The position numbers were made by a program, and so were the translations under genes. Under the pieces are notes generated by a model. That model was not told the origin of the DNA and did not search any database. It saw nothing but the letters and a program-made list of their open reading frames with translations. Source: a virus (Duplodnaviria > Caudoviricetes). Taken from it: a DNA stretch of 64,000 bases. Shown piece by piece: positions 9,551 through 18,276 of the stretch (position 1 is its first letter; each line of letters opens with the position of its first letter). The DNA lies in IMG/VR virus record IMGVR_UViG_3300006217_000029, positions 6,185-70,184 of that record; one strand, written 5' to 3'.

Positions 9551-10630
9551 TCACGCCATGCGTCCGCGTGGAGGGCGGACCAGGACAAGCTCGGAGAGAA
9601 CGCTTTCCGTTGTTCTGGTGGCGTCACAGTGCTTCATCTGGCCGCAGAATGAAGCCACTCGCGGGCGGATGTAGTCCAAATCTATTTTCCCTTCGGCGTA
9701 TTCTCGCGCAATCCTTCTGAAATCAAGCCTTGCCCGGCGTGTGTTGCGCTTTCTGGGCAAAGTATGTGTTGTCCAGTGTCTATATCCAGAAAAATCAATG
9801 CCGTGTGATATAGGAAAGATGGACGTTTTCGGATTTAGATTCAATTCAAGCTCTTCATTCAGAAAATTTTCAATAGATGCAAGAATTGATTTCAAAAATC
9901 GTTTATCTTCGCCAACGATTATAAAATCATCCATATATCTGACATAGAATTTGACCCCCAATTCATCTTTTACAAAATGGTCGAACTTATCCAGATAGAC
10001 ATTTGCAAAGAGTTGCGATGTCAATGCCCCGATGGGGAGCCCTGAATCGGTAAAGCCGTTTTTCAGGACGATTTTTCCGCAGAGATCAAGCACATTCACA
10101 TCGCCCAGTGTCCTTGCAATCTGGCGTAACAGAATGCCGTGCCGGATGTTGGGGAAGTAGCTTTTGATGTCCGCCTTGAGCGCATAGGGATGGAACCAGT
10201 TCGCGCTTGCGGTTGTGATAAAACTGCGGAGTCGTTTGCTGGCCTCGTGCGGCCCTTTGTCTTTCCGGCAGGCAAAGCTGTCCGGGATAAACCGCCGTTC
10301 AAAGAACGGTTCGATGACTTTCACAAGGGAACGATGGACGATGCGGTCTGCGAAAGTGGGCGCCTGGACAAGGCGGAGTTTGGGTTCTCGAATAACGAAC
10401 TCTCGACACGGAGAAGGGAACCACGTCCCGGCAATCAAGGCTCGTTGGATTTCAAGCAGGTTGTCTTCAAGGCGTCCGTAGAATCGGAGTACCTCATCAT
10501 AGTACCGTTTTCCACAACGCGCTCCATGCCATGCGGCGTATAGGTTGCCGAAGTCCACGACCTGCGGCCATAAATTTTTTGCGGGTTTTGGCATAGGCTC
10601 CAAAAAAGGACCGGAACCGCGTTCAGGCAT
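9551..10630 (-). CDS. DGR reverse transcriptase
   Basis: RT motifs PTFADRIVH, GLPIGALTSQ (DGR-type [LIV]GxxxSQ), YVRYMDD; no maturase or endonuclease domain; beside Avd and TR. Confidence 0.95.
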   Translation of the reverse strand: MPERGSGPFLEPMPKPAKNLWPQVVDFGNLYAAWHGARCGKRYYDEVLRFYGRLEDNLLEIQRALIAGTWFPSPCREFVIREPKLRLVQAPTFADRIVHRSLVKVIEPFFERRFIPDSFACRKDKGPHEASKRLRSFITTASANWFHPYALKADIKSYFPNIRHGILLRQIARTLGDVNVLDLCGKIVLKNGFTDSGLPIGALTSQLFANVYLDKFDHFVKDELGVKFYVRYMDDFIIVGEDKRFLKSILASIENFLNEELELNLNPKTSIFPISHGIDFSGYRHWTTHTLPRKRNTRRARLDFRRIAREYAEGKIDLDYIRPRVASFCGQMKHCDATRTTESVLSELVLVRPPRGRMA

Positions 10631-10752
10631 CTTACTTGCCGTTCCGGCCCCATTGTTGTTTCCCCGGCGCTGTTGGCCGAGGGGGACTACAACCCCAAAT
10701 CACTCGCGCTGTCCACGCCCCCGGTAGGGACATGGCCTCTGGCGGGTGCTGA

Positions 10753-10851
10753 TTTGCGAGACGGCCTCCAATGTTGATGTTTGCATTACTCGATGGATTA
10801 TTGAAATTCAGGCAAAAAGGGCCACAGTGCGCCCCATTATTCCAATTGCCG
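10753..10851 (-). repeat. DGR template repeat (TR)
   Basis: 99 bp aligning ungapped to 12410-12508; reads GNWNNGAHCGPFCLNFNNPSSNANINIGGRLA with 9 AAY codons; between avd and RT. Confidence 0.95.
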
Positions 10852-10856
10852 CCCTT

Positions 10857-11234
10857 TTAGGTTGTAGCCCTGCTATCTTGTGTCCCAGGTTTTGGGTCAC
10901 GAACATGTTTGAGCCATCCGCCAAGCATCCTTCCGACTTCGGAAACATGACCAGACCACACTTCATATTTATGGTCGTTGATGTAACCAAGGTTTCTGGA
11001 CATACGAATCAGAACACGAAGGTATTCAAGCTCTATGTCCATATCCTGCAATGTTGTCTTTTTGTAATAGCGTTTGGCGGAAGTGATTGTGAGGTGAATC
11101 AGAGTGGCAAGGGTATTGCGTATATCCTGCGCGAGAACATGCCTTTCTGACTTTGGAAAGAGCATAACGGTCTGATGAGAATACTGATTCAGTTCCTCCA
11201 GTTTCGTCAGGATTTGCAAGCTATCCAATGCCAC
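10857..11234 (-). CDS. avd: DGR accessory variability determinant (Avd, four-helix bundle)
   Basis: FPKSERHVLAQDIR...DIELEYLRVLIRMS...EVGRMLGGWLK; probable GTG start at 11234 (track start 11288). Confidence 0.9.
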   Translation of the reverse strand: MALDSLQILTKLEELNQYSHQTVMLFPKSERHVLAQDIRNTLATLIHLTITSAKRYYKKTTLQDMDIELEYLRVLIRMSRNLGYINDHKYEVWSGHVSEVGRMLGGWLKHVRDPKPGTQDSRATT

Positions 11235-11235
11235 G

Positions 11236-11259
11236 AAAAAGCCCCCTTTGTCAGGGGGC
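11236..11259 (-). terminator. Intrinsic terminator-like hairpin immediately before avd
   Basis: GCCCCCT-gacaa-AGGGGGC followed by TTTTT on minus strand. Confidence 0.65.
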
Positions 11260-11291
11260 AAGGTATCATTGGCCAAACAGACAGACAAGAG

Positions 11292-11639
11292 CTATTCGGG
11301 GCCGGCGCGAATATCAGGGGGCAAGTGCCGTCCCTCCCTCTCCGAAATGTACGATTCCCGGCAGTGGTTGATGTCACCCAGGCAGGCGGCCAGAAAATCC
11401 ACAACGACACGAGGCCACCGCCGCACACCGCTTATTTCCCAGCGCCAGCAATGGGCGCTGATAGTTTCATCGGCCCACCAATAACCCGCGGCGCGGGGGA
11501 GAAGGTATAGCAGGCCAAGAAGGCCCAGAAACAGCCCCAGAGAGGCGTTTCCGAGCTGGTCTGCCGCAATGAGGCATTGCTTCGCATTATGGCGAAATGC
11601 GGCCTTTCTGGGGCCAAATCGCCAGTCCCACGTTTTCAT
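11292..11639 (-). CDS. Small phage protein of the tail-fibre region
   Basis: 115-aa ORF, 4-nt overlap with upstream gene; QLGNA...DETISAHCWRW pattern. Confidence 0.65.
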   Translation of the reverse strand: MKTWDWRFGPRKAAFRHNAKQCLIAADQLGNASLGLFLGLLGLLYLLPRAAGYWWADETISAHCWRWEISGVRRWPRVVVDFLAACLGDINHCRESYISEREGRHLPPDIRAGPE

Positions 11640-12052
11640 GCCCCTGCTCCCGGAAGCGCATAGATGACTTCGATGGCCGCCACCTGTTCAGGAGTGGTAC
11701 AGGCGTCCAGCATATCCTCAAACTTCTGCCTCTGGCCGATGATTGCACCGGACGCGGCAGAAAAGGCTGTAGCTTTGACGATGACGCGATTACACAGGTC
11801 TTGCAGTTCTATGCCACGCGCTTGGGCAAGCGGGGCCAGAAGCGGGCATGGTTTGCTCTGGTCGGAGAGATATGCTTCCGCCTCCGTCTTTTGCTGGTCG
11901 AAGGTGAGGAGTTCGGAACCGGGGTAGCTCTTGGTCAGAACGCCCAGCATCATATCACACTGGTCGTTGATCTCGGCCAGTTTTTGGGCCTTGGCGTGTT
12001 CCACGCCTGACAGCCAGGTTTCAGGATTCACCCCTTGGTTACTTCTGGGCAT
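11636..12052 (-). CDS. Tail fibre assembly/chaperone-like protein (DUF4376-like)
   Basis: KAQKLAEIN...YPGSELLTFDQQKTEAEAY...LAPLAQARGIEL pattern typical of tail fibre chaperones. Confidence 0.7.
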   Translation of the reverse strand: MPRSNQGVNPETWLSGVEHAKAQKLAEINDQCDMMLGVLTKSYPGSELLTFDQQKTEAEAYLSDQSKPCPLLAPLAQARGIELQDLCNRVIVKATAFSAASGAIIGQRQKFEDMLDACTTPEQVAAIEVIYALPGAGA

Positions 12053-12302
12053 ACTTCACCCCCTCCGCGAGATAGATTCTTTTGCAGGATTTGCCGTCCT
12101 GCGTCATTTCCAGGTGGGCAAGCATGAGTGTATCGCCGATGGCACAGGCAGGGATGGGTTCGATTTCCCCGTTGGCCCATGTTGCGAGGTACAGGCCGTC
12201 ATCGCTGTAGTTTTCAGGTACTGCGTACAGCTTCACATGGCCGGAAAGCGGTACGGGCGTAGTGAACTCCTGTCCGCCATAAGAAAATTTGATTTCGGAC
12301 AT
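12039..12302 (-). CDS. Hypothetical protein downstream of tail fibre
   Basis: 87-aa ORF with AAGGAG RBS, overlapping next gene. Confidence 0.6.
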   Translation of the reverse strand: MSEIKFSYGGQEFTTPVPLSGHVKLYAVPENYSDDGLYLATWANGEIEPIPACAIGDTLMLAHLEMTQDGKSCKRIYLAEGVKYAQK

Positions 12303-12329
12303 ACGCTTTCTCCTTCAAAAATATTTTCG

Positions 12330-12369
12330 ACCGCCTTCGGCGGTAAAGCACGGCCGCCTCTCGGCGGCC
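12330..12369 (-). other. Two GC-rich hairpins downstream of VR (DGR target-recognition cruciform candidate)
   Basis: GGCCGCC-GAGA-GGCGGCC (12352-12369) and ACCGCC-GAA-GGCGGT (12330-12344). Confidence 0.7.
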
Positions 12370-12402
12370 TTTTCAGAAAGGCAGTGAACAGGACACAGTA
12401 GC

Positions 12403-14091
12403 CTAAATCTTTGCGAGACGGCCTCCAATGTCGATGTAGGCAAGACTCGATGGAGAAGTGAAATACAGGCAAAAAGGGCCACAGGGCGCCCCATCATTCC
12501 AAGTGCCGGCCTGATAACAAACACCATTAGCAACTGGCCCCCAAAAGCCGTCCGCGTATGTTGCGCTGTTTTCCGCCCCGGTAACAACTTCCGGCAGAAA
12601 AACATCATCGAAGTTGTAACCGTCACCCTTGCCGGAACGCATGGAAACCGGCCAGCCAGTGAGACCGCTGGAGTATGGCGGCATGGCAAATCCCGTGGAA
12701 ATCCACGCGCGTGTGCCGTCATTCTTGAAAATTTCCGTCTTCTTGTTGGAATCCGCCCGAACACCATCAAGCATCTTCCAGACGTTTCCGTAGAGGGCGT
12801 GGAAGCCGCGGTATGGGACATGGTTGACCAGGCTGTCGGTGTTGACGGCATAGCTCGTTTTCCCATCCCATGTCTTGTCCACATTGCCGCGACCCAACCT
12901 GGACTGAGCATCGGTCGTTGCAAGCTCAATGAGCATGAGCAGGGTCAAGGCCGACCACTGATAAACATCCCAGAGCATGAACCCCGACACACCGTTGACG
13001 TTTCTGTTGGCGCAGTAGGTCTTCATCGTATCAAAGTTCACATTGACGAAGGGGAGTTTGCCGGGCCGGGAACCGAGTTTCTTCGGGTTTCCGCCTTCAT
13101 CCGTGGCTTCGTAGCAGCCAAGCAGGTAGTAGGGAATCTGGGCGTTATTGTGCATGAACGCCGGATGAATGCGGAATCCCTCTTTCTGGCCCGGAGAAAT
13201 AAGCTTGCACGGCTTCCCCGCGAACATTCCTTCCGTGGGGGTGAAGTCCTTCATCCAGAACTGGGGAATCTTGCCCATGATTTGATCGTCCACAATCATG
13301 CGCCGGATGCCCCCGAAAACCGGATTATTGTCGAAGTAGGCGGTGTTGGGCGACACCGGATTCCCTTCTTCGTCAATGTTGAACCAGAGGCCGGCGCCGC
13401 CGCCTGTTGCCACACGGCAGATGCCGATAATGGGACTTGTATTGCCGACAAGGATATTCTCGAAGAGGGCGGCGTGGGCGGATTCGCTGGAATCGTGCGC
13501 GGAAACGGCAGCCTTCGCTTTTTTCTCCACAAACTCTGAAATGGAGGCCGTACCGCCATCTTCGGCCCCTCCCTCTTCACCAGGAAGAGAAAAGCCGGTG
13601 ATGTCGTCCATCGTATGATGGTGAGGCTTCGGATCGCGCGCGTCCGAAAGCCGGTCATCATTATCCGCTACGGCTCCGATGTCCGCAGGGGTGAGGGCAT
13701 CAGCGGCGCCTGCTGCATGTGTCTTGGCGTGTGCCACCAGATTGATTTGCCCGTCAGACTCACCGATTTTGTCATTGACGGCATTGGCAGCGGCGGCAGC
13801 AATCATCTGATACATGGCACTGTCGGGATTATCCAGACCATGCGCCAGGGGGCTTTCGTTATGGGCTGCAACAGCCTCGGCAATCTGGGAGGCGGATGCG
13901 CCGCCACCAATGGCCCCCCCGTGAGCGCTGGAATCGGCTTCGTGCTCCGCAAGTCGGGCAAGCGCCCTGGCTACATCGCCGCCAAGCTGTTCCTGGGCGG
14001 ACGCAAGCGCATCTGCCCCCTTATCCAGTTTATCGGCGACATCCTGCATCGTGGGCTGCATGTCGGGGATTTCGTTTTCGGGCATTGTCAT
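12403..14091 (-). CDS. Tail fibre / receptor-binding protein, DGR target with C-terminal C-type-lectin-like domain
   Basis: N-terminal AH..AH fibre repeats; C-terminal domain ending in VR (GTWNDG...IGGRLAKI). Confidence 0.9.
   Translation of the reverse strand: MTMPENEIPDMQPTMQDVADKLDKGADALASAQEQLGGDVARALARLAEHEADSSAHGGAIGGGASASQIAEAVAAHNESPLAHGLDNPDSAMYQMIAAAAANAVNDKIGESDGQINLVAHAKTHAAGAADALTPADIGAVADNDDRLSDARDPKPHHHTMDDITGFSLPGEEGGAEDGGTASISEFVEKKAKAAVSAHDSSESAHAALFENILVGNTSPIIGICRVATGGGAGLWFNIDEEGNPVSPNTAYFDNNPVFGGIRRMIVDDQIMGKIPQFWMKDFTPTEGMFAGKPCKLISPGQKEGFRIHPAFMHNNAQIPYYLLGCYEATDEGGNPKKLGSRPGKLPFVNVNFDTMKTYCANRNVNGVSGFMLWDVYQWSALTLLMLIELATTDAQSRLGRGNVDKTWDGKTSYAVNTDSLVNHVPYRGFHALYGNVWKMLDGVRADSNKKTEIFKNDGTRAWISTGFAMPPYSSGLTGWPVSMRSGKGDGYNFDDVFLPEVVTGAENSATYADGFWGPVANGVCYQAGTWNDGAPCGPFCLYFTSPSSLAYIDIGGRLAKI
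12410..12508 (-). repeat. DGR variable repeat (VR)
   Basis: 12 mismatches to TR, all at TR adenines; last 33 codons before the terminal Lys-Ile-stop. Confidence 0.95.
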
Positions 14092-14795
14092 CCTCTGTTT
14101 GCCGGGCTTGCCGGGCTATAGGTGTCTTCATCCCCCGCCGCCGCGCTTCCGGTAAGGGCGAGGGTCGTAAGCCGACGGGAAAGATGTATCATCCGCGTGG
14201 TGGATTCGGCGTGCAGGATGAGCGTTCTCCGGGTATGCCTTTCAAGCTGCTCGGAGAGCGCTTCCATCTGTCTGACTGTGGCAATGTCGGCGTTGGCCTT
14301 GTCAATTTCATCCGAAGAAATCATGTCCTCGGTGATGACCACCGCCTCACCGGGAGCCGACGCTTCCCCGTCACCATCGTCGCCCTCATCTTCTCCGGGT
14401 TCCGTCAATGGCATACCGGCTCTGACCTTGCCCAGCACGACATGGTGCGGTTCCGGCTGTTCCCGAACCACAATGCGCTGGTACCCTTGCTGCGTGGGGG
14501 CGTAGAACGCCTCAAGGCAGACGAACCATGTTCCCGTGGCCGGGATACGCACAAGGCCGGGATCGTCCATAACTACCGTGAGGGAATAACCGTTCCGCTC
14601 AACCACGGCTACGCTACGCGGATAGTCCGATCCGTGATCTACGAGAACTGACATGGTGCCGCCGGGTTTGAGTACAAAGCCATGATAGACGCCAGGCTTG
14701 ACGATTCCGGCCATCTTCATGTTCAGAGCGCGGGAAACATATTCTTCCCCCCAGCGGACACTCTGGCGCAACAAGGGGGCGTCATTCGTTGCCAT
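14088..14795 (-). CDS. Proximal tail-fibre protein resembling the N-terminal domain of P1 gpS
   Basis: EEYVSRALNMKMAGIVKPGVYHGFVLKPGG resembles the P1 S N-terminus as recalled; GGAGG RBS; ATGA overlap with fibre gene. Confidence 0.7.
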   Translation of the reverse strand: MATNDAPLLRQSVRWGEEYVSRALNMKMAGIVKPGVYHGFVLKPGGTMSVLVDHGSDYPRSVAVVERNGYSLTVVMDDPGLVRIPATGTWFVCLEAFYAPTQQGYQRIVVREQPEPHHVVLGKVRAGMPLTEPGEDEGDDGDGEASAPGEAVVITEDMISSDEIDKANADIATVRQMEALSEQLERHTRRTLILHAESTTRMIHLSRRLTTLALTGSAAAGDEDTYSPASPANRG

Positions 14796-15225
14796 CTGTG
14801 CGTTCCTCCTCACGCGGGAAGGTTATGGCCGGGAACGCCCGATAGACCTCGGCAGGCGTTACCCAGTCGGGAAGTGTGGAGCAAACGGCAATCAGATCCC
14901 CCTCATCATCGAAGATGCCGATAAGGTTGTGGCGTACCGGAGCGCCGACAGCGCCTTGCGGGATTTCGCATTTGCACAGAGCAATCCCGGCGCTGTAGGA
15001 TACGTCTACAAATCCCCGGTAAAATTCTCCGGGGATTTCCTTCATATCTGGGGGAATGTCCTGCAATTCCAGCTCAGATGGGCTGTATTCATCCACCAGT
15101 CCAAAGCCGGCGCGGAACTCCACGAAACGGGGACAACGCCCAATGCCCGCAGCGGCCATGCCTACCTTGTCATAGTACCGATTGAGCAGCTTTGCTCGTT
15201 GCCATACTTTCGGAGTTTCAGGCAT
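14782..15225 (-). CDS. P1 gpR-like tail/baseplate protein
   Basis: KLLNRYY and LIGIFDDEGDLIAVC patterns; synteny gp16-R-S. Confidence 0.65.
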   Translation of the reverse strand: MPETPKVWQRAKLLNRYYDKVGMAAAGIGRCPRFVEFRAGFGLVDEYSPSELELQDIPPDMKEIPGEFYRGFVDVSYSAGIALCKCEIPQGAVGAPVRHNLIGIFDDEGDLIAVCSTLPDWVTPAEVYRAFPAITFPREEERTDGNE

Positions 15226-16387
15226 ATGCACCTCCTACGGGCATATCCAGAGGGAATGTATCAGCGGGGATGTCATCGAAACGCGGATAGCGATCCAGAC
15301 GGTCCAGACCTTGAAATTTTACGGACATGGACACGTTCTTTTCGCCTGCCGCATCTATTTCCGACACGAACGGCGTGGGGCACGAGGGAAGCGTCGTCTT
15401 CTCCACATGGATTTCCAGTTCCCCCAGACTTTGACGGAAGATGATAGAGCGTTTTTTCTCAATCAGGTACAGGCCAAGAGGAATACAAGGCTCTCCTTCG
15501 TGTCCGGCCATATACCAATCAAGGGGCAACCAGTCGGGGGGAAAACCCTCTGGAGCGTGCCAATCCATGTGCCAGAAGCGCTCTTTCGGTCTGATAAAGG
15601 GGATGGCAATGCAAGGCTGCTCACGCTCCCATCGGCAAGACATCTTTTGCACGTCAAGCGGACAGGCATCGGCATCCGTTGAATCGAAATACGTCCCCTG
15701 AACGGCAAAATTCATTTCAAAAATACCGCAGTCGCGTTCCCAGGAAGCAACAGGATTGCCTTCAAACGGGAAGTCAAAACGCGCATACCAGAGAGTACCG
15801 TCAAAGACGATATGCAGCGGTTTGGCGCGCAGAAGAAGCGGAAGGGCCTTGTCGAGGAAAGTCTGTTTTGTCAGGCCAAGGGAGAGAAGGTGCGCGTGGT
15901 CGGTTCCCAGAAGGCCCCGTGAGGTAAGGAACATTCCCTCCGGCGGGACGTTTTTCTTTTCTGGCCATGGGCCATCGGCGGGGATGAAGCGCGTCCCGTA
16001 GGGTTCATCAAGAGGGGCAAACAGCGGGAACCAGGTGACGGGAAGGTCGCTGTAATGCCTGCGGAAGACAGAAGTGATAATCAGTTCGAGGTCTTTGTAC
16101 TCAAGTTCAAGACGCCTCCAGGCAACAGCAATGGGGCGGTCTTTCGACCGCGGCATGTCCGCCGCAAAATAGTCGCCCATTTCGCGCAGTTTGCGCGCCA
16201 GGTCGGCGTCATCAGCACTGAAATATGAGCGGAGAGCTTCAAGCCGTACAAGCTGCGGGTCAAAGTCCTGCTCCCAGATTGTCTGGGTGCTTTCGGCCAG
16301 CCCCAACCAGCGGTCTTCTTTTTGCTTGCGAGGCGTGAGCCTTTTGACGAGCCAATCTTTCATTTCGCGCCTGATTCCCGGCTTCAA
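15218..16387 (-). CDS. P1 gp16-like baseplate protein
   Basis: YGTRFIP, GMFLTSRG, KPLHIVFDG motifs; synteny. Confidence 0.75.
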   Translation of the reverse strand: MKPGIRREMKDWLVKRLTPRKQKEDRWLGLAESTQTIWEQDFDPQLVRLEALRSYFSADDADLARKLREMGDYFAADMPRSKDRPIAVAWRRLELEYKDLELIITSVFRRHYSDLPVTWFPLFAPLDEPYGTRFIPADGPWPEKKNVPPEGMFLTSRGLLGTDHAHLLSLGLTKQTFLDKALPLLLRAKPLHIVFDGTLWYARFDFPFEGNPVASWERDCGIFEMNFAVQGTYFDSTDADACPLDVQKMSCRWEREQPCIAIPFIRPKERFWHMDWHAPEGFPPDWLPLDWYMAGHEGEPCIPLGLYLIEKKRSIIFRQSLGELEIHVEKTTLPSCPTPFVSEIDAAGEKNVSMSVKFQGLDRLDRYPRFDDIPADTFPLDMPVGGAYA

Positions 16388-16475
16388 TGCACGGTGCGTA
16401 CATTTTTCGCCAAGGATAGAGGGCGATTATTGGCCGCATCAACGAAAACCAGCGCATATCTGGCATATTTGCAGT

Positions 16476-16505
16476 TTGCATAAATATAGCCTTTTGGCTA
16501 TATTT
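16476..16505 (+). promoter_or_regulatory. Sigma70-type promoter with perfect 10-bp operator palindrome for the TA-derived cassette
   Basis: TTGCAT-N17-TATATT overlapping AAATATAGCC-tttt-GGCTATATTT. Confidence 0.7.
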
Positions 16506-16510
16506 TCCGC

Positions 16511-16567
16511 ATGGAATGGGAAGTGGAGTACATGAAGGATGGATTATTGGATGGCCAGGAATTTTAA
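16511..16567 (+). pseudogene. 18-codon remnant of a RelE/HigB-type toxin (internal deletion)
   Basis: MEWEVEY joined to MKDGLLDGQEF*, overlapping the antitoxin start. Confidence 0.55.
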
Positions 16568-16868
16568 ACTGCTTGAAGCGAGAATGTCGCCGGAAGCCCT
16601 GGCGCGTTCAACGGCAAAGGCTGACGAAATGTTGAAAGAGATGCGGCTTTCCGAATTACGAAAAGCGCAAGGATTGACACAGAAAAACCTGGCGGAAATT
16701 CTTCATGTGCGCCAGCCGACTATCGCAAAGATGGAAAAAAAGACAGACATGTATATTTCCACGTTGAGAGAACATATTGAAGCGATGGGCGGCGAACTTT
16801 ATGTCATTGCCAAATTTCCCACTGGAAGCGTAAAAATAACCAATTTTTACGATATGGAGGTTATGTGA
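16551..16868 (+). CDS. XRE/HigA-type HTH antitoxin (orphan)
   Basis: LSELRKAQGLTQKNLAEILHVRQPTIAKMEK...STLREHIEAMGGEL. Confidence 0.85.
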   Translation: MARNFKLLEARMSPEALARSTAKADEMLKEMRLSELRKAQGLTQKNLAEILHVRQPTIAKMEKKTDMYISTLREHIEAMGGELYVIAKFPTGSVKITNFYDMEVM

Positions 16869-18267
16869 GATACGCGATTTGAATTTGTGAATTATCAAGG
16901 TCGAGACTCACCATCTGGTAAATGAGGTTGGCCTCAAAATGCCCTTCCGGGACAGCCTCGAACCATGCTCCGGTTTCTTTTTCAAAGTGCCCTGTGGACT
17001 GGATGCACTCGTAGATTTCGGAGACAAGCACCTTGTCGCGCCGATACAGCGAATCGCGGCCATATGCCCGCATGAGGGCCGCGCGAACGTCTTCATCGAC
17101 CTCCGAAAGCACCTTGTCCGACAAGACCCGTGCGGTAAGTCTCAGCGTGAAGGATACATGCTCCGGGTTGTACCATTGAAAGTTGCGGCATAGCATGGGA
17201 ACATCCGCAATGGCGTTCATCACGTCCTGCACTATGCCTTCTCGCGGGGCGTAGGCGCATATCCAGATTTTATTGATGTGTTCGAGCTTTGGCCCCCAAA
17301 GGCGTTCCGCTTCTTCTTCACCCCATGCCCGCACAAAAACCACTTCCGGGAATCGGCGGCGAATGAAATATTCGTAGTCGTTGTCCCAGACAAGCCGCTC
17401 GTTGTACACGGACCAATAGTGCAGGTTTCGGCGCATTTCTTCTGTTGATTCCTGCGCCTGACCGTTTTGGATGGTTGTTTCCACCTCAATATTGAGAGAT
17501 GCCGGGACACCGGCAACATCAACGATTTCTTCCAGGGGATAAAGGTATTGCCGCTCCAGAAGAAGCGTGTCCCCATCCGTGTACTTGATGTCAATCCGCA
17601 CCTGTGCGCCCTGTGGCGGAATTTTACCAAAGGTGCCATTGCCGAACCTGATGCCTATCTGATCGCTCACATGATAGAACTCGTCCCAGACAAAAGAATC
17701 CCGATATGCGTTCGTCAAGAGGCGGCTGTACTCCCATTTCCGGAATCCATCTCCGCTATCAACCCAGACTTCGAGGGCCATTACTTTCGGGGTTAGAGCC
17801 TTGTCGATAAGAATCTCATAAAACGGCTTTTCTTCGCTTACGGTATGAAGAATTGAGGTTTTTCCGTACTGTGTGACAGGAGCGGCCACCTTGCTCTGCG
17901 CGGGGACAAGCAGCTTGAGACCCAACGTATAGGGAAGCTGCGCATCGGACACGAACTCGCGCCCTCTCTTGAGCAGGACAGGGCGCGGCCCCGCATTGGT
18001 GAAAAGAACCGTCCCTTCGCTGGGTTTGGGCTTGCGGGGAAGATATTCACGGTCTTCGGCGTGGGCGACAAGGCTTGAACGATTCAGAGCCGTTCCGATG
18101 AACGCTTCCTGGCGTGCGCGCTCGATTTTGAAGTTTGCATCTTCGACGGTCCACCCCATGAAAATGGCAAGATGCTGTACGAATTGCGAATTTGTAAGAC
18201 TTTTCCACGAGGGGAGGGAAGACAGGAGCGTCTTCAGTTTATTTGCAACCTGTTCGTTCAGAATCAT
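16861..18267 (-). CDS. bplA: BplA-like baseplate wedge protein (baseplate J family)
   Basis: EAFIGTALNRSSL, GIRFGNGTFGKIPP, VWDNDYEYF, VRAWGE motifs. Confidence 0.8.
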   Translation of the reverse strand: MILNEQVANKLKTLLSSLPSWKSLTNSQFVQHLAIFMGWTVEDANFKIERARQEAFIGTALNRSSLVAHAEDREYLPRKPKPSEGTVLFTNAGPRPVLLKRGREFVSDAQLPYTLGLKLLVPAQSKVAAPVTQYGKTSILHTVSEEKPFYEILIDKALTPKVMALEVWVDSGDGFRKWEYSRLLTNAYRDSFVWDEFYHVSDQIGIRFGNGTFGKIPPQGAQVRIDIKYTDGDTLLLERQYLYPLEEIVDVAGVPASLNIEVETTIQNGQAQESTEEMRRNLHYWSVYNERLVWDNDYEYFIRRRFPEVVFVRAWGEEEAERLWGPKLEHINKIWICAYAPREGIVQDVMNAIADVPMLCRNFQWYNPEHVSFTLRLTARVLSDKVLSEVDEDVRAALMRAYGRDSLYRRDKVLVSEIYECIQSTGHFEKETGAWFEAVPEGHFEANLIYQMVSLDLDNSQIQIAYLT

Positions 18268-18276
18268 GATTTTCCC

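Noticed and set aside
9551-10630. RT as a group II intron, retron or Abi RT
   Set aside because: Short, no maturase or endonuclease domain, DGR-type GxxxSQ motif, and flanked by Avd and an adenine-specific TR/VR pair.
10852-10859. Extending TR/VR homology further
   Set aside because: A non-adenine mismatch (10852 vs 12509) occurs immediately and similarity collapses a few bases later, so the conservative 99-bp limit was kept.
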